Notes under the pieces: generated by a model
Database searches by the model: none
Told to the model about the DNA's origin: nothing
Seen by the model: only the letters and a program-made list of their open reading frames with translations
Translations under genes and position numbers: made by a program
Part shown: positions 12,186-25,900 of the stretch, in pieces
How positions within the stretch are numbered: the first letter of the stretch is position 1
Layout of the letters: each line of letters starts with the position of its first letter
NCBI RefSeq assembly: GCF_006345805.1
Contig: NC_042997.1
Location: 191,828,001-191,892,000, forward strand
DNA: 64,000 nucleotides
From: Octopus sinensis
Lineage: Eukaryota
Direction of reading: 5' to 3'

Positions 12186-13729
12186 CATCATTTTTAACGA
12201 TTAATGTTTAATTAGGTTTCAGGTTTATTGCTAAAATTAAATACAAAATAATAACAGCCGCAGAAGCAACATTTAGATTTATCACATTTTTGCTAACATT
12301 TAAACTGTTCGTAGTTTAACAGCTTTTTTATCATGAATTGGCTCAACACCTCATTGCATTCGCTCTTTGATACTTCCACTGTTGCCTTTCTCTTATGACC
12401 TTGCTGGCAGCACTCCAACGATAATCAATACACTTTGCTGTGTGCATTTTCAGCATCTTACCATAGCTATTATTATATCCTTCTGCTGCCCACTCTTTTC
12501 CAAGATTTCAAGCAAACACTGCACAAAGTAATTCTTCCTGCATTTTATAACTGCTGCACTAACCATGAAATTTTGACTTTTACTACTAGTCTTAGGAAAA
12601 AAAAAATTTGGAAAAAAAAAAAAAAGGAAAAAGTATTGTCTATTCCATTTCCATTTGTATATCTTAGACTTCCAGAAAAGTTCCTTCAAGCTATACTTCT
12701 ATGCCTTCCTTCTGGAAAAATTATACTGGACAAAGAAAATAAGACATGATCAGGCTGCAACTGTCAAGTTGATTAAATAGAAAAAAAATATGATTTTACA
12801 CACATATACATGCATGCACATATAATTTTGCATACATGCATGGATTTTTATGGATATGTACACATTTGTGCATGTGTGTGCATGCATGCATATAGTGATG
12901 TTACTAAGAAAAAATAACTTAGTGAATATATAATATATGCATTAATGTAATTAGTATTGTTAAAAAGAACTGACAGCGATTTCTTTTATTATTATAGTTA
13001 TAAAGTTTGAATATTCTTTAATTTTTCCCTCAACATTTTTTCTTTATATTTTAGTCAGGAGGGAAGGCAACACTTATCTGTCACAGAGTTTCTGAGACTG
13101 GTGGCAGGGATGGAATAAAGTATCTTCAAACTGAAGACCTGGCTTGAATGCTTGCAACAAATGGAAGCTGCTAAAGGGGTACCAAGTAAAGATGTTAAAC
13201 TGAGCAATGGAATAAGTTTACCATCCTCCGAACTCCTTAATCTGTGTTTTTTCCATATATATTATTCTTTTATTTGTTTCAGTCATCTGACTGCGGCCAT
13301 GCTGGAGCACCGCCTTTAGTCGAACAAGTTGACCCCAGAACTTATTCTTTGAAAGTCTAGTACTTATTCTGTCAGTCTCTTTTGCCAAACCGCTAAGTTA
13401 CGGGGATATAAACACACCAACATCAGTTGTCAAGCGATGGTGGTGGGACAAACAGACACACAGGCTTCTCTCAGTTTCCATCTACCAAATCCACTCACAA
13501 GGCTTTGGTTGAAAACGCACAGCTGGTGTAGTGAATGGGGGAAGCTTGGTCTGCAATGTGCAGTCGTGTATGCTTGTCAAGAGCAGGGCTCATTAGCCAC
13601 CAACAGAGCCACAAATGCAAAATATAAGTTAGTCCTAGAGTGCACAATGTTCTTGAAGGTCAGCAATGATCTTCCTCAGTCATGAGTGGGCACCCATCAT
13701 ATATACATACATAATCTGCAAGTTTTTTT

Positions 13730-14255
13730 TATTCTCTCTGTTTATTTTTTCTTATTCCTTACTGTTGAAGAGCATAGGCTCAAAATGTAAAGGACTTTTT
13801 CACTTTTCTTGGTGTCAAACTAATACACCTTCTTGTTGTTCATACACCTGTCTTCATCGTGTTTTTCTATAAATATCCATTATATAGTATATGCTCACAT
13901 GGTCACCCCAGTTTTATCCTGCTTTAACCTCCTACTCTTTGGACTTACATTACTACTTCCTGAACTTTCTGCACCTCTCCTCCTTTACATACCAGCACTC
14001 CACCTCGATTACCACTGGATATACTGACTCTACTTTCACAGATTTCACTGGACTCTTTCATTGATGTAAAATCACTCCAATCTACCATGACTTCTGAACG
14101 TTTTGAACTCTTCAAACTTTTCGAACTAATTTTTCATACTCCATACATTATTAAATCCACAAATATTTTCAGTCAATCTCTGTTTATTTTCTCTTATTCC
14201 TTTCTGTTGAAGAGAGTAGGCTCAAAACCTAAAAGACTTTTTCACTTTCCTGAGA
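13730..14255 (+). mobile_element. Penelope-like remnant: two direct pLTR copies with decayed hammerhead motifs around about 300 bp of degenerate internal sequence
   Basis: Direct repeats ctctgtttattt..ctgttgaagag..aggctcaaaa..gactttttcacttt at about 13730 and 14178. The internal part resembles decayed GIY-YIG C-terminal coding sequence (..ERFEL..LIFH..). Confidence 0.65.
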
Positions 14256-14762
14256 AAATTAAATTAAATTATTCATTATGGTCTTTTAGATACCAAATTT
14301 AGATTGGTTGATTCTCTCAATTTCAATCCCTTATGATAAAGGCAAAGAATTCTGTCTTCTCTGTAATTCTGAACTATTTTTTATTCTTTTTTCTAAAAAT
14401 CCCCTTGTAAACACAGTTATAGAGCATGCATACTGATGTAAACATTGGCAGAAACACACCTTTAGTTCATATAAGTGATATTTATCATTATATATAATTT
14501 AAACATAAATTTTCTTCTTACATTTCACATTCACTAGATATATCTTTTTCCAAGACTTCAGGGTATATTTTAATTTACATATCATTATATACTTCTCATT
14601 TATTTGGTTTTTTTCTTTCCTTTACCCCTCCTCTTTCTATAGGCTACCTTTGACATTATATCCTCCAACTTAAAAAAAAAAACACTTAATAGCGTTCAGT
14701 TCATCACTTTTCATTTCCATCATATTCTGTTAAAATGTCTTATTGACGAGTTTTATTTCTTC

Positions 14763-14851
14763 ATTTCCCTGAAGAGAAGATTACATTGTTTTACACCATT
14801 TTATTCCTTTGGAATAATACCAATGGTATCTTCGAAACATGTGTCGGAAGT
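14763..14851 (+). ncRNA. Type I hammerhead ribozyme, intact catalytic core, probably from a Penelope-like element
   Basis: Stem I AUUUCC(14763-68)/GGAAGU(14846-51); CUGAAGA 14769-75; stem II 14776-88/14821-33; GAA 14834-36; stem III ACAUGUGU; cleavage triplet GUC 14843-45. Confidence 0.8.
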
Positions 14852-14905
14852 AAAAGAATTTGAATAACACCTATGTTTAACTCCTTTTAACGGCCATTTA
14901 AAGGG

Positions 14906-15159
14906 CAGGGCTGTGGAGCCAAAATAAAAGACTTTGACTCCAACTCCCGTACTATTGGCACCTCCAACTCCGACTCCTCTTTATGTAATAAAGTGATTGT
15001 GGTCTACATATTTCATACGCTTGTACTTTGTGTAGGCCTATATGATATAACTTTTTTTTTATTAAAGAATAAAGATGCCGGAGTTGGTATAGTTTTACCG
15101 ACTCTGACTCCAGCTACCCCTTAATAGTTTCCGATTCTGACTCTGACTCTACAACCCCG
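14906..15159. mobile_element. hAT-type MITE with (GACTCC)n subterminal repeats
   Basis: TIR CAGGGCTGTGGAG/CTCTACAACCCCG; 8-bp TSD ttaaaggg/ctaaaggg. Confidence 0.7.
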
Positions 15160-18100
15160 CTAAAGGGATATAATATTTCTTTCTTTCTATTATAGGCACA
15201 AGGCTTGATGTTTTGTGGGAAGGAGGGAGTCGATTACATCAACCCCAGTCTTCAATAGGTACTTATTTTATCAACCCTGAAATGACAAAAGGTAAAGTCA
15301 ACCTCAGTGGAATTCAAAGACATTTACTCTCTTACTCTTTTCAGTCATTTGACTGCAGCCATGCTGGAGCACCGTCTTTAGTCAAACAAATCGACCCCAC
15401 GACTTATTCTTTGTAAGCCCAGTACTTATTCTATCAGTCTCTTTTGCTGAACTGCTAAGTTATGGGGACATAAACACACCAATGTTGGTTGTCAAGCAAT
15501 GGTAGGGGGACAGACACAGATACACACACACACATATATGATGGGCTTCTTTTAGTTCCTATCTCCCAGATTCACTCACAAGGCTTTGGTTGGCCTGAGG
15601 CTATAGTAGAAGACACTTGCCCAAAATGCTACGCAGTGGAACTGAACCCACAACCATGTGGTTGGGAAGCAAACTTCTTACCACACATCCACACCTGCGC
15701 CTATAATATTAAAAAATAATTTCACTAACACACATAAACTCTGTTCTAGTGTATTTGACTGACAGTTGATTCCATTCATATTTCATGGTTGAATCGTTAA
15801 CAGTACAATTGACATGGTAACATCTGTTCTAGTAATGTATAGTGAAACTATCTAAACCTATGAAACCTATCTCATTTAGTGAGATTACTGGATTTATAAC
15901 AACAACAACAACAACAACAACAAAGAGAAAGAAGAGAGCGGAGACAAAGCCGTGCAAAATGTATTTATATCAATAAAAAAAAAATCATTGTAAATCTTAT
16001 TTTGTTTCAAAGATGGACTCATTATGTATTCTAATTATTGTTACTTTTGTTTATTAGCTTCTAATTAACTATACTTTATTAATAATTAATTGTGTCTGAA
16101 ATTATGAAAATGAGGACTATAAGGGATTTCAGTAGAGATGTTGATAACTAGAGATGGTTATATAACAGGAGATGGTTGTATGAAACCCTTCAAGGTGGTA
16201 CCCCAGCATTACCACTATTTATCTCCTTGCAGCTCCTATAGAGCATTCTCACTATCTCTACACTCCTCTACAAGAACCTGCTTGCCTTCCACCCCTCCAC
16301 TATTTCTCTTATAGTTTAACCCCCTCCTCCTCATCATCATCCAGTGTTTTGTTCCTGTTAAAGACGGTGGCTGGATCTACCTCAATGCCATAGCAACAGA
16401 GGCAAGAAGGTGGAACCCATCCCAACCTTTGGGCTGGCTGGTGCCCATTCTCCTTTGCTATCATCGGCTTTTTTTTGGAGCTGGATTTTCTATGGGGAGC
16501 ATTCCCTTGCTTACCCCCAACCTCAGTTTCTAGACATGAGTGGTCCTAAGACCAAGGCCCCTACCACGATTTTTAAGAAATGTGGTGGAAAACTAGCTCA
16601 GGAAGGCAGGGATGCTATTCCCTGAGACCCCTTTCGGAGTTCCCCTCCTGACCTGGCATAAAGCTGACTTGCACCATGATTCTTGTTGATAGAACAACAG
16701 CAGCAACAAAAAGCACCCTGAACATTCTGTAAAGTGGTTGGTATCAGGAAGGTTTCCAGTTATAAAGGTAGCGCTCCAGCATGACCACAATCCAATGACT
16801 GAAACTAGTAGAAAGAGTAACAGAAACAATTCCAATGCAGACACTGGTGCACTACACCAGCGCTACCCAAAGTGGTGGTCTGCAAACCGGTGCTGGTCCA
16901 CAGCGAGTTTTCAGAAAAGAAAGATAAAAAGAAAGTCAACTTTTATTATATTCATTATATATAGGTGCAGGAGTGGCTGTGTGGTAAGTAGCTTGCTTAC
17001 CAACCTCATGGTTCAGGGTTCAGTCCCACTGCGTGACACCTTGGGCAAATGTCTTCTACTATAGCCTCGGGCCGACCAAAGCCTTGTGAGTGGATTTGGT
17101 AGACGGAAACTGAAAGAAGCCTGTCATATATATGTTTATACATTTGTATGTCTGTGTCTGTCCCTCCAACATCACTTGACAACCGATGCTGGTGTGTTTA
17201 CGTCCCCGTAACTTAGCAGTTCGGCAAAAGCAATCGATAGAATAAGTACTAGGCTTACATAGAATAAGTCCTGGGGTCGATTTGCTCGACTAAAGGTGGT
17301 GCTCCAGCATGGCCACAGTCAAATGACTGAAACAAGTAAAAGAGTAAAAGAGTATATTGTTTCTCGTATAAATTAACATTACTATGAAATATTACCAGAC
17401 TTTGGCACATTGGGGGAAATAAAACCCGGTAGTGCGCCACATCAGATAGTTTGAGAAGGACTGCACTACACAATCTTTCATCCATTGGATCCAGTCAGAC
17501 CATCTAACTTATGCCAGTATGGAATATAGATGATAAATGATGACTGTCCCTTCTTTTTGTATATCTTATATACCTTGTATAAAATTTCATATGTGTGTCT
17601 CCTTGTTTCACAACCATCAGAATGTGAAGTGCTCCTGATAAGTGCATGTTCATGAGATGTTGTAAACTATAAACAGGTTTGAGTAGGAACCAGAAAGAGA
17701 AGTATGATCATGCAATGCGCATATGCACAGTCATCATCATCATCATCATCATTTAACGTCCGCTTTCCATGCTAGCATGGGTTGGACGATTTGACTGAGG
17801 ACCGGCGAACCAGATGGCTGCACCAAGCTCCAATCTTGATCTGGCAGAGTTTCTACAGCTGGATGCCTTTCCTAACGCCAACCACTCCGAGAGTGTAGTG
17901 GGTGCTTTTACGTGCCAGTTTGGTGGTACTGGCAATGGCTATGCTAAAATGGTGCTTTTTATGTGCCACCTGCACAGGAGCCAGTCCAGCAGCACTGGCG
18001 ACGACCTCGCTCGAATGTTTCACGTGCCACCAGCACTAGTGCTAGTAAGGCGACGCGGTAACGATCACGCTCGAATGGTGTGTTTAACGTGCCATCGGCA

Positions 18101-21100
18101 CAAAGGCCAGCTTGTTGCTCTGGCAACGATCAGTGAATTTGTAAAATGGAAGAGAATAAAAATGCAATGCGCATGTCAAAATAAAATGGAAGAAAGGAAT
18201 AAAACAAAATATATGATGGTCTGTGTGTCACTTCTGACACCACTATCACACAGCTTTGCTGCAATTACCTTGTTTTTCAAGATAGTAAAGTGCTATTTGG
18301 CAACTATTTGTAGCAGGTCAAGACATTGTATAGAAAATTCTAGAAATGTAATGAGATTGTGTAACACTCATACCTTTCTCAGAGGTATAAGTGATGAAGT
18401 GAAATAAATTAGCACCAATTGGAAATGGAAACCTCATCAAGTCATCCATCTTGCCTGGAGCACTCTAAACCTCTTGCTGTGTGACACATGTCCCAATCAG
18501 ATGTAACAAAACGGAAATGTGAACGGTTCAATGATTCCTAAACCCTGGAGATGCTTTGTGTTTGTTTAATGGTGTTATGTGAATGGGATTATAAATCTCC
18601 TGCTGATCTGTTGTACCAAGTGATCTTGTAACATTTATCAACATCTAGGAGAACTGAAAGACATCATCATCATCATCGTTTAACGTCCGCTTTCCATACT
18701 AGCATGGGTTGGACGATTTGACTGAGGACTGGCGAACCAGATGGCTGCACCAGGCTCCAATCTGATCTGGCAGAGCTTCTACAGCTGGATGCCCTTCCTA
18801 ACGCCAACCACTCCGAGAGTGTAGTGGGTGCTTTTACATGCCACCGGCACGGGGCCAGTCAGGCGGTACTGGCAACGACCTCGCTTGAATCTTTTACACA
18901 TGCCACCGGCACAGGTGCCAGTAAGACGATGCTGGTAACAATCATGCTCGAATGGTGTCTTTTATGTGCCATCGGCATGGAGGCCAGATAGCCGCTATGG
19001 CAACTTGAAAGTGAGGTAAAAAAGTGTTCTTCCTGGAAATACAACTAAATGCTGAGCCAATGAGAATAGTCTTCATGTAGTCACTTGAACTACTAGAAAA
19101 AGCAACCAAATTCCTTTCAAATTACAATATATTTTAAAAAAGAGAGGGGTACATTGGATAATATTGCCAAAGATATGCAAAATCTGAGAGATGGGCACAG
19201 CTGGAACATCTTTGATCAGGCCTCTGATTTCAAGCATATTTCTGTTGAAATACACCGCCTTTATTTCATTTAATTTTAAACCTAATAATGAATTCAGTAA
19301 AATGATTTTGGCATTATTAAGCTGGTGTTTGAAAGATTAATTAACATGAAATTTTGATTGAAGGTTTTTATTTTAATCACTATAAATACGGGAAGTTTAT
19401 ATTATAGAACTAGAAGCAATCAGCAGGTTCGTATCAGAAGGGTTAAACAGCAACAAAATACAAATAGCAGGTTTGAACAAATAGCGGATCAGAATTTGTA
19501 GTTTGAGACTAATATCTTTTCCATGTGGCCGTCTTGCTTTCTACTCCAAAATAGATTAGGCATTAATAAAAAAAATATCAATAAGAAATGAGAAGTAGTT
19601 ACTTTAAAAGACAGCTTCAATATCAACATTGCACAATTAAATCTGATTACATCACAATGTTTTTTTTTCCTCTCTATGTAGCTCCAAGTAGCATTACCTA
19701 TTTTTCAAGAAGAATTTAGCTATTCAATGGCCAGGAATTCTGAAGTAAAATTAATTACATGTCACATATTAGTCAACCCCATCATAGCCAATCCAATTTT
19801 TTGAAGATTTGTAATTCATTTTATTTCATTTCTCTATTCGTTTTTAGCTTCTGTGCTTAATTCAAGGAATACATGTCCATACACATTCACATATAGCTTG
19901 CAGGCATATATGTTCATTCACAACAACAAATCTCTCCCTCTCTCTCTCACACACACACATGCATGCATACATGCACATACATACACTTTTACACATAAAT
20001 ACATGTAGCTAATACATGCATATTACAAAAGAGTAGTTACACAAGGCAGGCAGTAGGCAACAATAAAATAAATTAGTCTTGTCAAGCCACCATCTGAACG
20101 TGGCTGTAGCCAGTGTCGCATCGACTGCCCTCCGTGCCGGTGGCACGTAACAAGCACCATCCAATCATGGGTGTTGCCAGCCTTGCCTGGCCTTCGTACC
20201 GGTGGCACGTAAAAAGCACCATCTGAGCGTGGCCGTTCGCCAGCCTCGTCTGGCACCTGTGTCGGTGGCATGTAAAAAGCACCCACTACACTCAAGGAGT
20301 GGTTGGCGTTAGGAAGGGCATCCAGCTGTAGAAACACTGCCAGATCAGACTGGAGCCTGGTGCAGCCTTCGGGCTTCCCAGACCCCAGTTGAACCGTCCA
20401 ACCCATGCTAGCATGGAAAGCAGACATTAAACGATGATGATGATGATGATGATATTTATATACACACTGCAGGACACTTGCCCCTGTCCCTTGATATCTC
20501 TAATCTCTCATCAGCTGCCACAACGATACCCAACCTCACTACTACTCACCCCTCCCAGATGAGGGAGATTTTGTCTTGCAAGGTACTTGGTGACCCTGTT
20601 GGTGCTGGTGCCATGTTAAAAGCACCCTGTACACTCTATAAAGTGGTTGGAGTTAGGAAGAGTATCCAGGTGTAGAAACCATGCCAAAACAGACAATGGA
20701 GCCTGGTGCAGCCCCTGGCTTTACCAGCTTCTGTCAAACCATCCAGCCCAGGCCAGTATGGAAAACGGATGTCAAATAATAACGATGATGATGATGATGA
20801 TGATGATGACGATGATGTACATAATTGACTTCCACATAGTTTCCTATTTCTTTACTGCCCACAAGGGGTTACACACAGAGGGGACAAACAAGGACAGGTC
20901 AAACGGATTAAGTCGATTATATTGACCCCAGTGCGTAACTGGTACTTATTTAATCGACCCTGAAAGGATGAAAGGCAAAGTCGACCTCGGTGGAATTTGA
21001 ACTCAGAATGTACCGGAAGTTGAAATACGGCTACGCATTTCGCCTGGCGTGCTAACGATTCTGCCAGCCAAATACACCTGTAAGGCATTGATCAGCCATA

Positions 21101-21934
21101 ATAGAAGACACAGCCCCAAGATGACACAGAATGGAACCAAACTCTAAATGAAGCAGTTTCAAAGCAAGTTTCTTAATTCCATAGAGATGGATATTGAACT
21201 GCTCTGATTACTCTTTTACTCTTTTACTTATTTCAGTCATTTGACTGCAGCCATGCTGGAGCACCACCTTTAGTTGAGCAAATCGACCCCAGGACTTATT
21301 CTTTGTAAGCCCAGTACTTTTTCTATCGGTCTCTTTTGCTGAACCGCTAAGTGACGGGGACAAAAACACACCAGCATCGGTTGTCAAGCAATGCTAGGGA
21401 GACAAACACATACATATATATATATATACGACAGGCTTCTTTCAGTTTCCGTCTACCAAATCCACTCACAAGGCATTGGTCGGCCCGGGGCTATAGCAGA
21501 AGACACTTACCCAAGATGCCACGCAGTGGGACTGAACCCGGAACCATGTGGTTGGTTAGCAACTACTTACCACACAGTCACTCCTGATTGGTAGCACATT
21601 TTCTGCATTTTGCAACCCTGCATCATTAGAGCAACAAGGTCCAAAATTTGTAAACCACAACTAATTATTTTACGAATTCACCTCAATATCTTTGTTGGGT
21701 GATGGATGGCAGAGATGGCAATCTAGATATTTTATAGAACAATTTCTGAACAATAATATCATTGTTGGTCATAGATTTCCAATGAGCCAAGCACTGGTTC
21801 ACTGCATTTATGGTAGTGAGAGTGTCAATAAGGTGTCTGCATAACTCAGGCAGAACAAACCAAAATGAAATATTTTGCTCTCACAAGACTGATTTATTGG
21901 TGATTTTTATCACCGATGTGTACATCTTTCATCC

Positions 21935-22270
21935 CCCCCTCTCTCTCTCTACACACACAAATATGTATACATATATAAATATACATATACACACACATAT
22001 ATATATATACAAATATATATAAAATATAAGCACAAATATATACACAAATATATATACATACACAGACACACAGATATGCATAAATATATATATACACAGA
22101 CATATACTTATGCGTGTGTATATATATATATATATACATACACACACAAACATATGCATATATATATATATATATAGATATACAGAGACACATACATATA
22201 TACACATACACAGGTATACATACATACATATATATATATATATACATACATACATACACAGACACATGCA
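21935..22270. repeat. Compound (TA/CA)n low-complexity tract
   Basis: Direct reading; similar tract at 25370-25640. Confidence 0.95.
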
Positions 22271-22821
22271 TGTTGGTTTGTTTCTAATCCAACTATTCTC
22301 TTTCACTAATTTTACAACCATATTTTTTGGCATAGAAGTTTAATTTTTCAGACCAAAATTTACAGCCAAAAACACTAGATCGACTTTTCCACCAAGACGA
22401 CTTTGGAGGACCAAAAATTCCATGCAAAATGCAACAGGATTTGGAAGGATAGTGACAGTGTTTGAATGTTTACATATTATGTTTACATTATATACAACAC
22501 CGGCTTGTATGCCAGAAAATACAGTATGTTATCCCCTTTACAATACACATCTGAGACTTCTAATGATCTACTGTGCTTGAGAGACATGTCAAGCTAAGTA
22601 AAATCGTGGCCATCCATACATACAGGCATGTCCTTTATGGTCATGCCCCCTATTCCCTCTCTCAGCTGAGAGGTCTGTCTTTCAGGCTTGCAGGCATTGG
22701 TGTCACATAAAAAGCATTCATTTCGGTGCCATCCATGCTTGTTCCATGACAAAAAAAAGCACCTCTGCTGGTGCCACGTTGACAAGTACTTATGTCAGTG
22801 CTACATAAAAAGCATCTGTAC

Positions 22822-22967
22822 CACTAGTGCAGCTGAGGGATGGGGTGGGGGGCGCCCTGGGCACCACTTTTGGGTCTGCTGTAGGCAATATGTGGTATTT
22901 TTGTGGGGTCCGGGGGTGGCAAATGGAAGGGCTGCCCCAGGAGGCACACACTCTAGCTATGCTAGTG
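22822..22967. mobile_element. 146-bp GC-rich hAT-type MITE nested in an RTE-tailed element
   Basis: TIR CACTAGTGCAGCT/AGCTATGCTAGTG; 8-bp TSD atctgtac/acctgtac. Confidence 0.8.
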
Positions 22968-25900
22968 ACCTGTACCAATGCCATGTAAAAAGTATCCAGT
23001 AGTAGAAGCCATGCCAAAACAGACAATTGGAGCCTGAGTAGCTCTCCAGCTGGCCAGCTCCTGTCAAACCGCCCAACCCATGCCGACATGGAATCATCAT
23101 CATCATCGTTTAATGTCCATTTTCCATGCAAGCACAGGTTGGACGGATCGACCGGGGTCTGGCAAGCCAGGAAGCTGCACCAGGATCCAGTCTGATCTGG
23201 CAGCGTTTCTACAGCTGGATGCTTTTCCTATTGCCAACCACTCTGAAAGTGTAGTGGGTGCTTTTTACATGCCACCGGCACAGATGACAGGGGAAACTGG
23301 CAGCAGCCACGATCGGTTGGTGCATTTTACGTGCCACCGGCACAGGTGTCACAACTACAATTTCCATTTGATATTTATTTTGATATTGATATACTTGAGT
23401 CAATAGGTCTCCTCAACCACAGCAGGTCGTTCTGCAATCCAAGGTACTTTGGATGAGCTGGGGCTGCTATGCGAAACTGGTGCAGGAAACAGCCATGAAC
23501 TCACGTTATTTGTTGGGTCTTTGCAGTCACAGCAGATCTCCAGAGATCTCGGTCTTTTGTCATTGCCTCTTGAGGCCCAATGTTCGAAGGTCATGCCTGA
23601 CCACCTCATCCTATGCCTTCCTGGGTCTACCTCTCCCCTGGATTCCGTAGACCCAGGAATACAGATGTTAAATGATGATGATCCTCCTCTAGTCATTCAT
23701 TTGGTTTTGCTCTCTCTGGTTAACAGTATTATTAATACCCAGTAACACTATTAACGAGGTAGTGTACAATATAGATTTCATAGTAACAATTATTATGGCT
23801 TTCCACATTTTATGTTACGGATTATATAGTTAGAATCAGCAATTAGAATTAAATGTGGCTTCCTAATAACTCTGTTTCTGAATTGTCGTTCAGATAATTA
23901 GAAATCATAACAATGCACACTGATTAGCAAATTTGCATTTCACTTGCTTCTTCTTCTTTTTTTTTTTTTTAACTCATTTAATTGTGTGACAAAAATTTAA
24001 ATGTACATTCTATTTATATTTCACTGATCTGAAAATCTCCCTGGAAAAATGGAATATTAGAGGCTGTGATTATAATAGTTGAATACAGTGGCTGTGTGGT
24101 AAGAAGCTTGCTTCACAACCATATGGTTCCAGGTTCAGTCCCACTGCATGGCAGCTTGGGCAAGTGTTTCCTAATATAGCCTTAGGCCAACCAAAACCTT
24201 GTAAATGAAATTGGTAGATGGAAACTGAAAGAAGACCTTTGCATATATGTTCTGAGTTCCGCCGAGGTCAACTTTCCCTTTCATCCATTTGGGGTTGATA
24301 AATCAAGTACCAGTTGTGTACTGGAGTCGATCTAATCGACTGGCCCACACTCTCCCAAAATTTCAGGCCTTGTACCAAGAGTAAAGAACTGTCACTGCCA
24401 TGGGATAATTTTCTTTAGGTTTTGTTACTCTGGGACATGAGAAAGATTTTGTGAGGTCTACATGGTTAATATTCAAGTAAAGTTGTTGTTGGTTACAAGG
24501 GACACATAAATGCAGGAAGAACTGAGAGAAACTAAATAAATATTTCTTTAATGTGTAGTCTGAAGGGTAAAGAGAGATGAAATGCCATCAAGTAATACAA
24601 TTATAATTTTCTAGACTGCTAATTTCATCAATAGCAGCTGAATTTTAAATATTTATTCAATATTTTTCTTTTTCCTTTTTTCCCACCAGGTTTCTTTTTC
24701 TGTCTTGCAAGTTATATGGTAACCTTATTAGTGGCAGTGGCATGAAAAAGGCACCCAGAAACACAGTGTAAAGTGGTTGACACTAAGAAGGGCTTGCAGG
24801 TACAGAGACCATGCTGAGGCTGATGCTGGAGCATGGTGCATCCCTTTGGCTCGCTGGATCCTGTTAAAACATCCAAACCTATCCAGGCAGAAAACAGAAG
24901 TTAAACGACCACGACAATGATTTATGCTGTTTCCATTGGTTTGATATCTGATTGCTATGAAATATCTTATTACTAGATGAGTAAATAATACAGGTACCCG
25001 CCCCATATTACAGAAGCTTCCCTTTCCTAAAAAGTTGCCAACGGTTGGAGTTTTATAATGTGAAACATATTTTTTGACTGATGTCCATGTTCACAGATTT
25101 TCATATAATAATCAAAAAAAGGAAAAAAGGTTTCATATTGTGAATCTCTACATCGCTCAATATTAGGTGCAGACATGGCTGTATGTTCTGTTGTGTCTGG
25201 GGAGAGTCTTTGTCTTTTTGTGCCTTATAATCTAACACTCACAAGTAAAATTTCCACTTCATATTTTTATTTTCCTAAAATTTTCGTTGCGTCTTGCAAC
25301 CTTTTCAATAGTCTTGATTCTGTCCGTTATTTACACTGCGTTCCTTTTTGTTTGTTTGTGCGCATGTGTGCAGGTCAGTGTGTGTGTGTGCCTATGCATG
25401 CATGTACGTATGTGTGTATGTATGTATGAATATATGTGTGTGCATGCATATGTATATATGTATGTATGTGTGTGCATCTGTATGTATGTATTCTGCATAT
25501 TCATGTGCTTGCATGTCTGTGTTTGTGTATTTTCTATGTATTTGTGTGTGTGAGCATGTGTTTGTATATGTATGCACCTCTATCTCCTTGTGTGTGCATG
25601 TCTGTGTGTTTTGCAACTATGTACCATGTTTGTATGTATGGATGAACTTTGCTTTGCAACCATGTGGTTTCAGGTTCAGTCCCACTGGGCAGCACCTTGG
25701 GCAAATGCTTTCTAATATAGTCCCAAGCTGACCAATGCCTTGTGAATGAATTTGGTAAATGGGAACTGCGTGGAAGCCCACCATATATATATATTTCTCC
25801 TCCTCAGTGTGTATGTGTGTGTATGTATTTGTCTTCCCTCCACCACTACTGGACAACCAGTGTTGGTTTGTTTATGTCCCCATAACTTAGTGGCTCGGCA

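Noticed and set aside
17814-18407. 197-aa ORF and similar ORFs at 6179, 20023 and 23080
   Set aside because: Frames through family C repeats with no protein motif.
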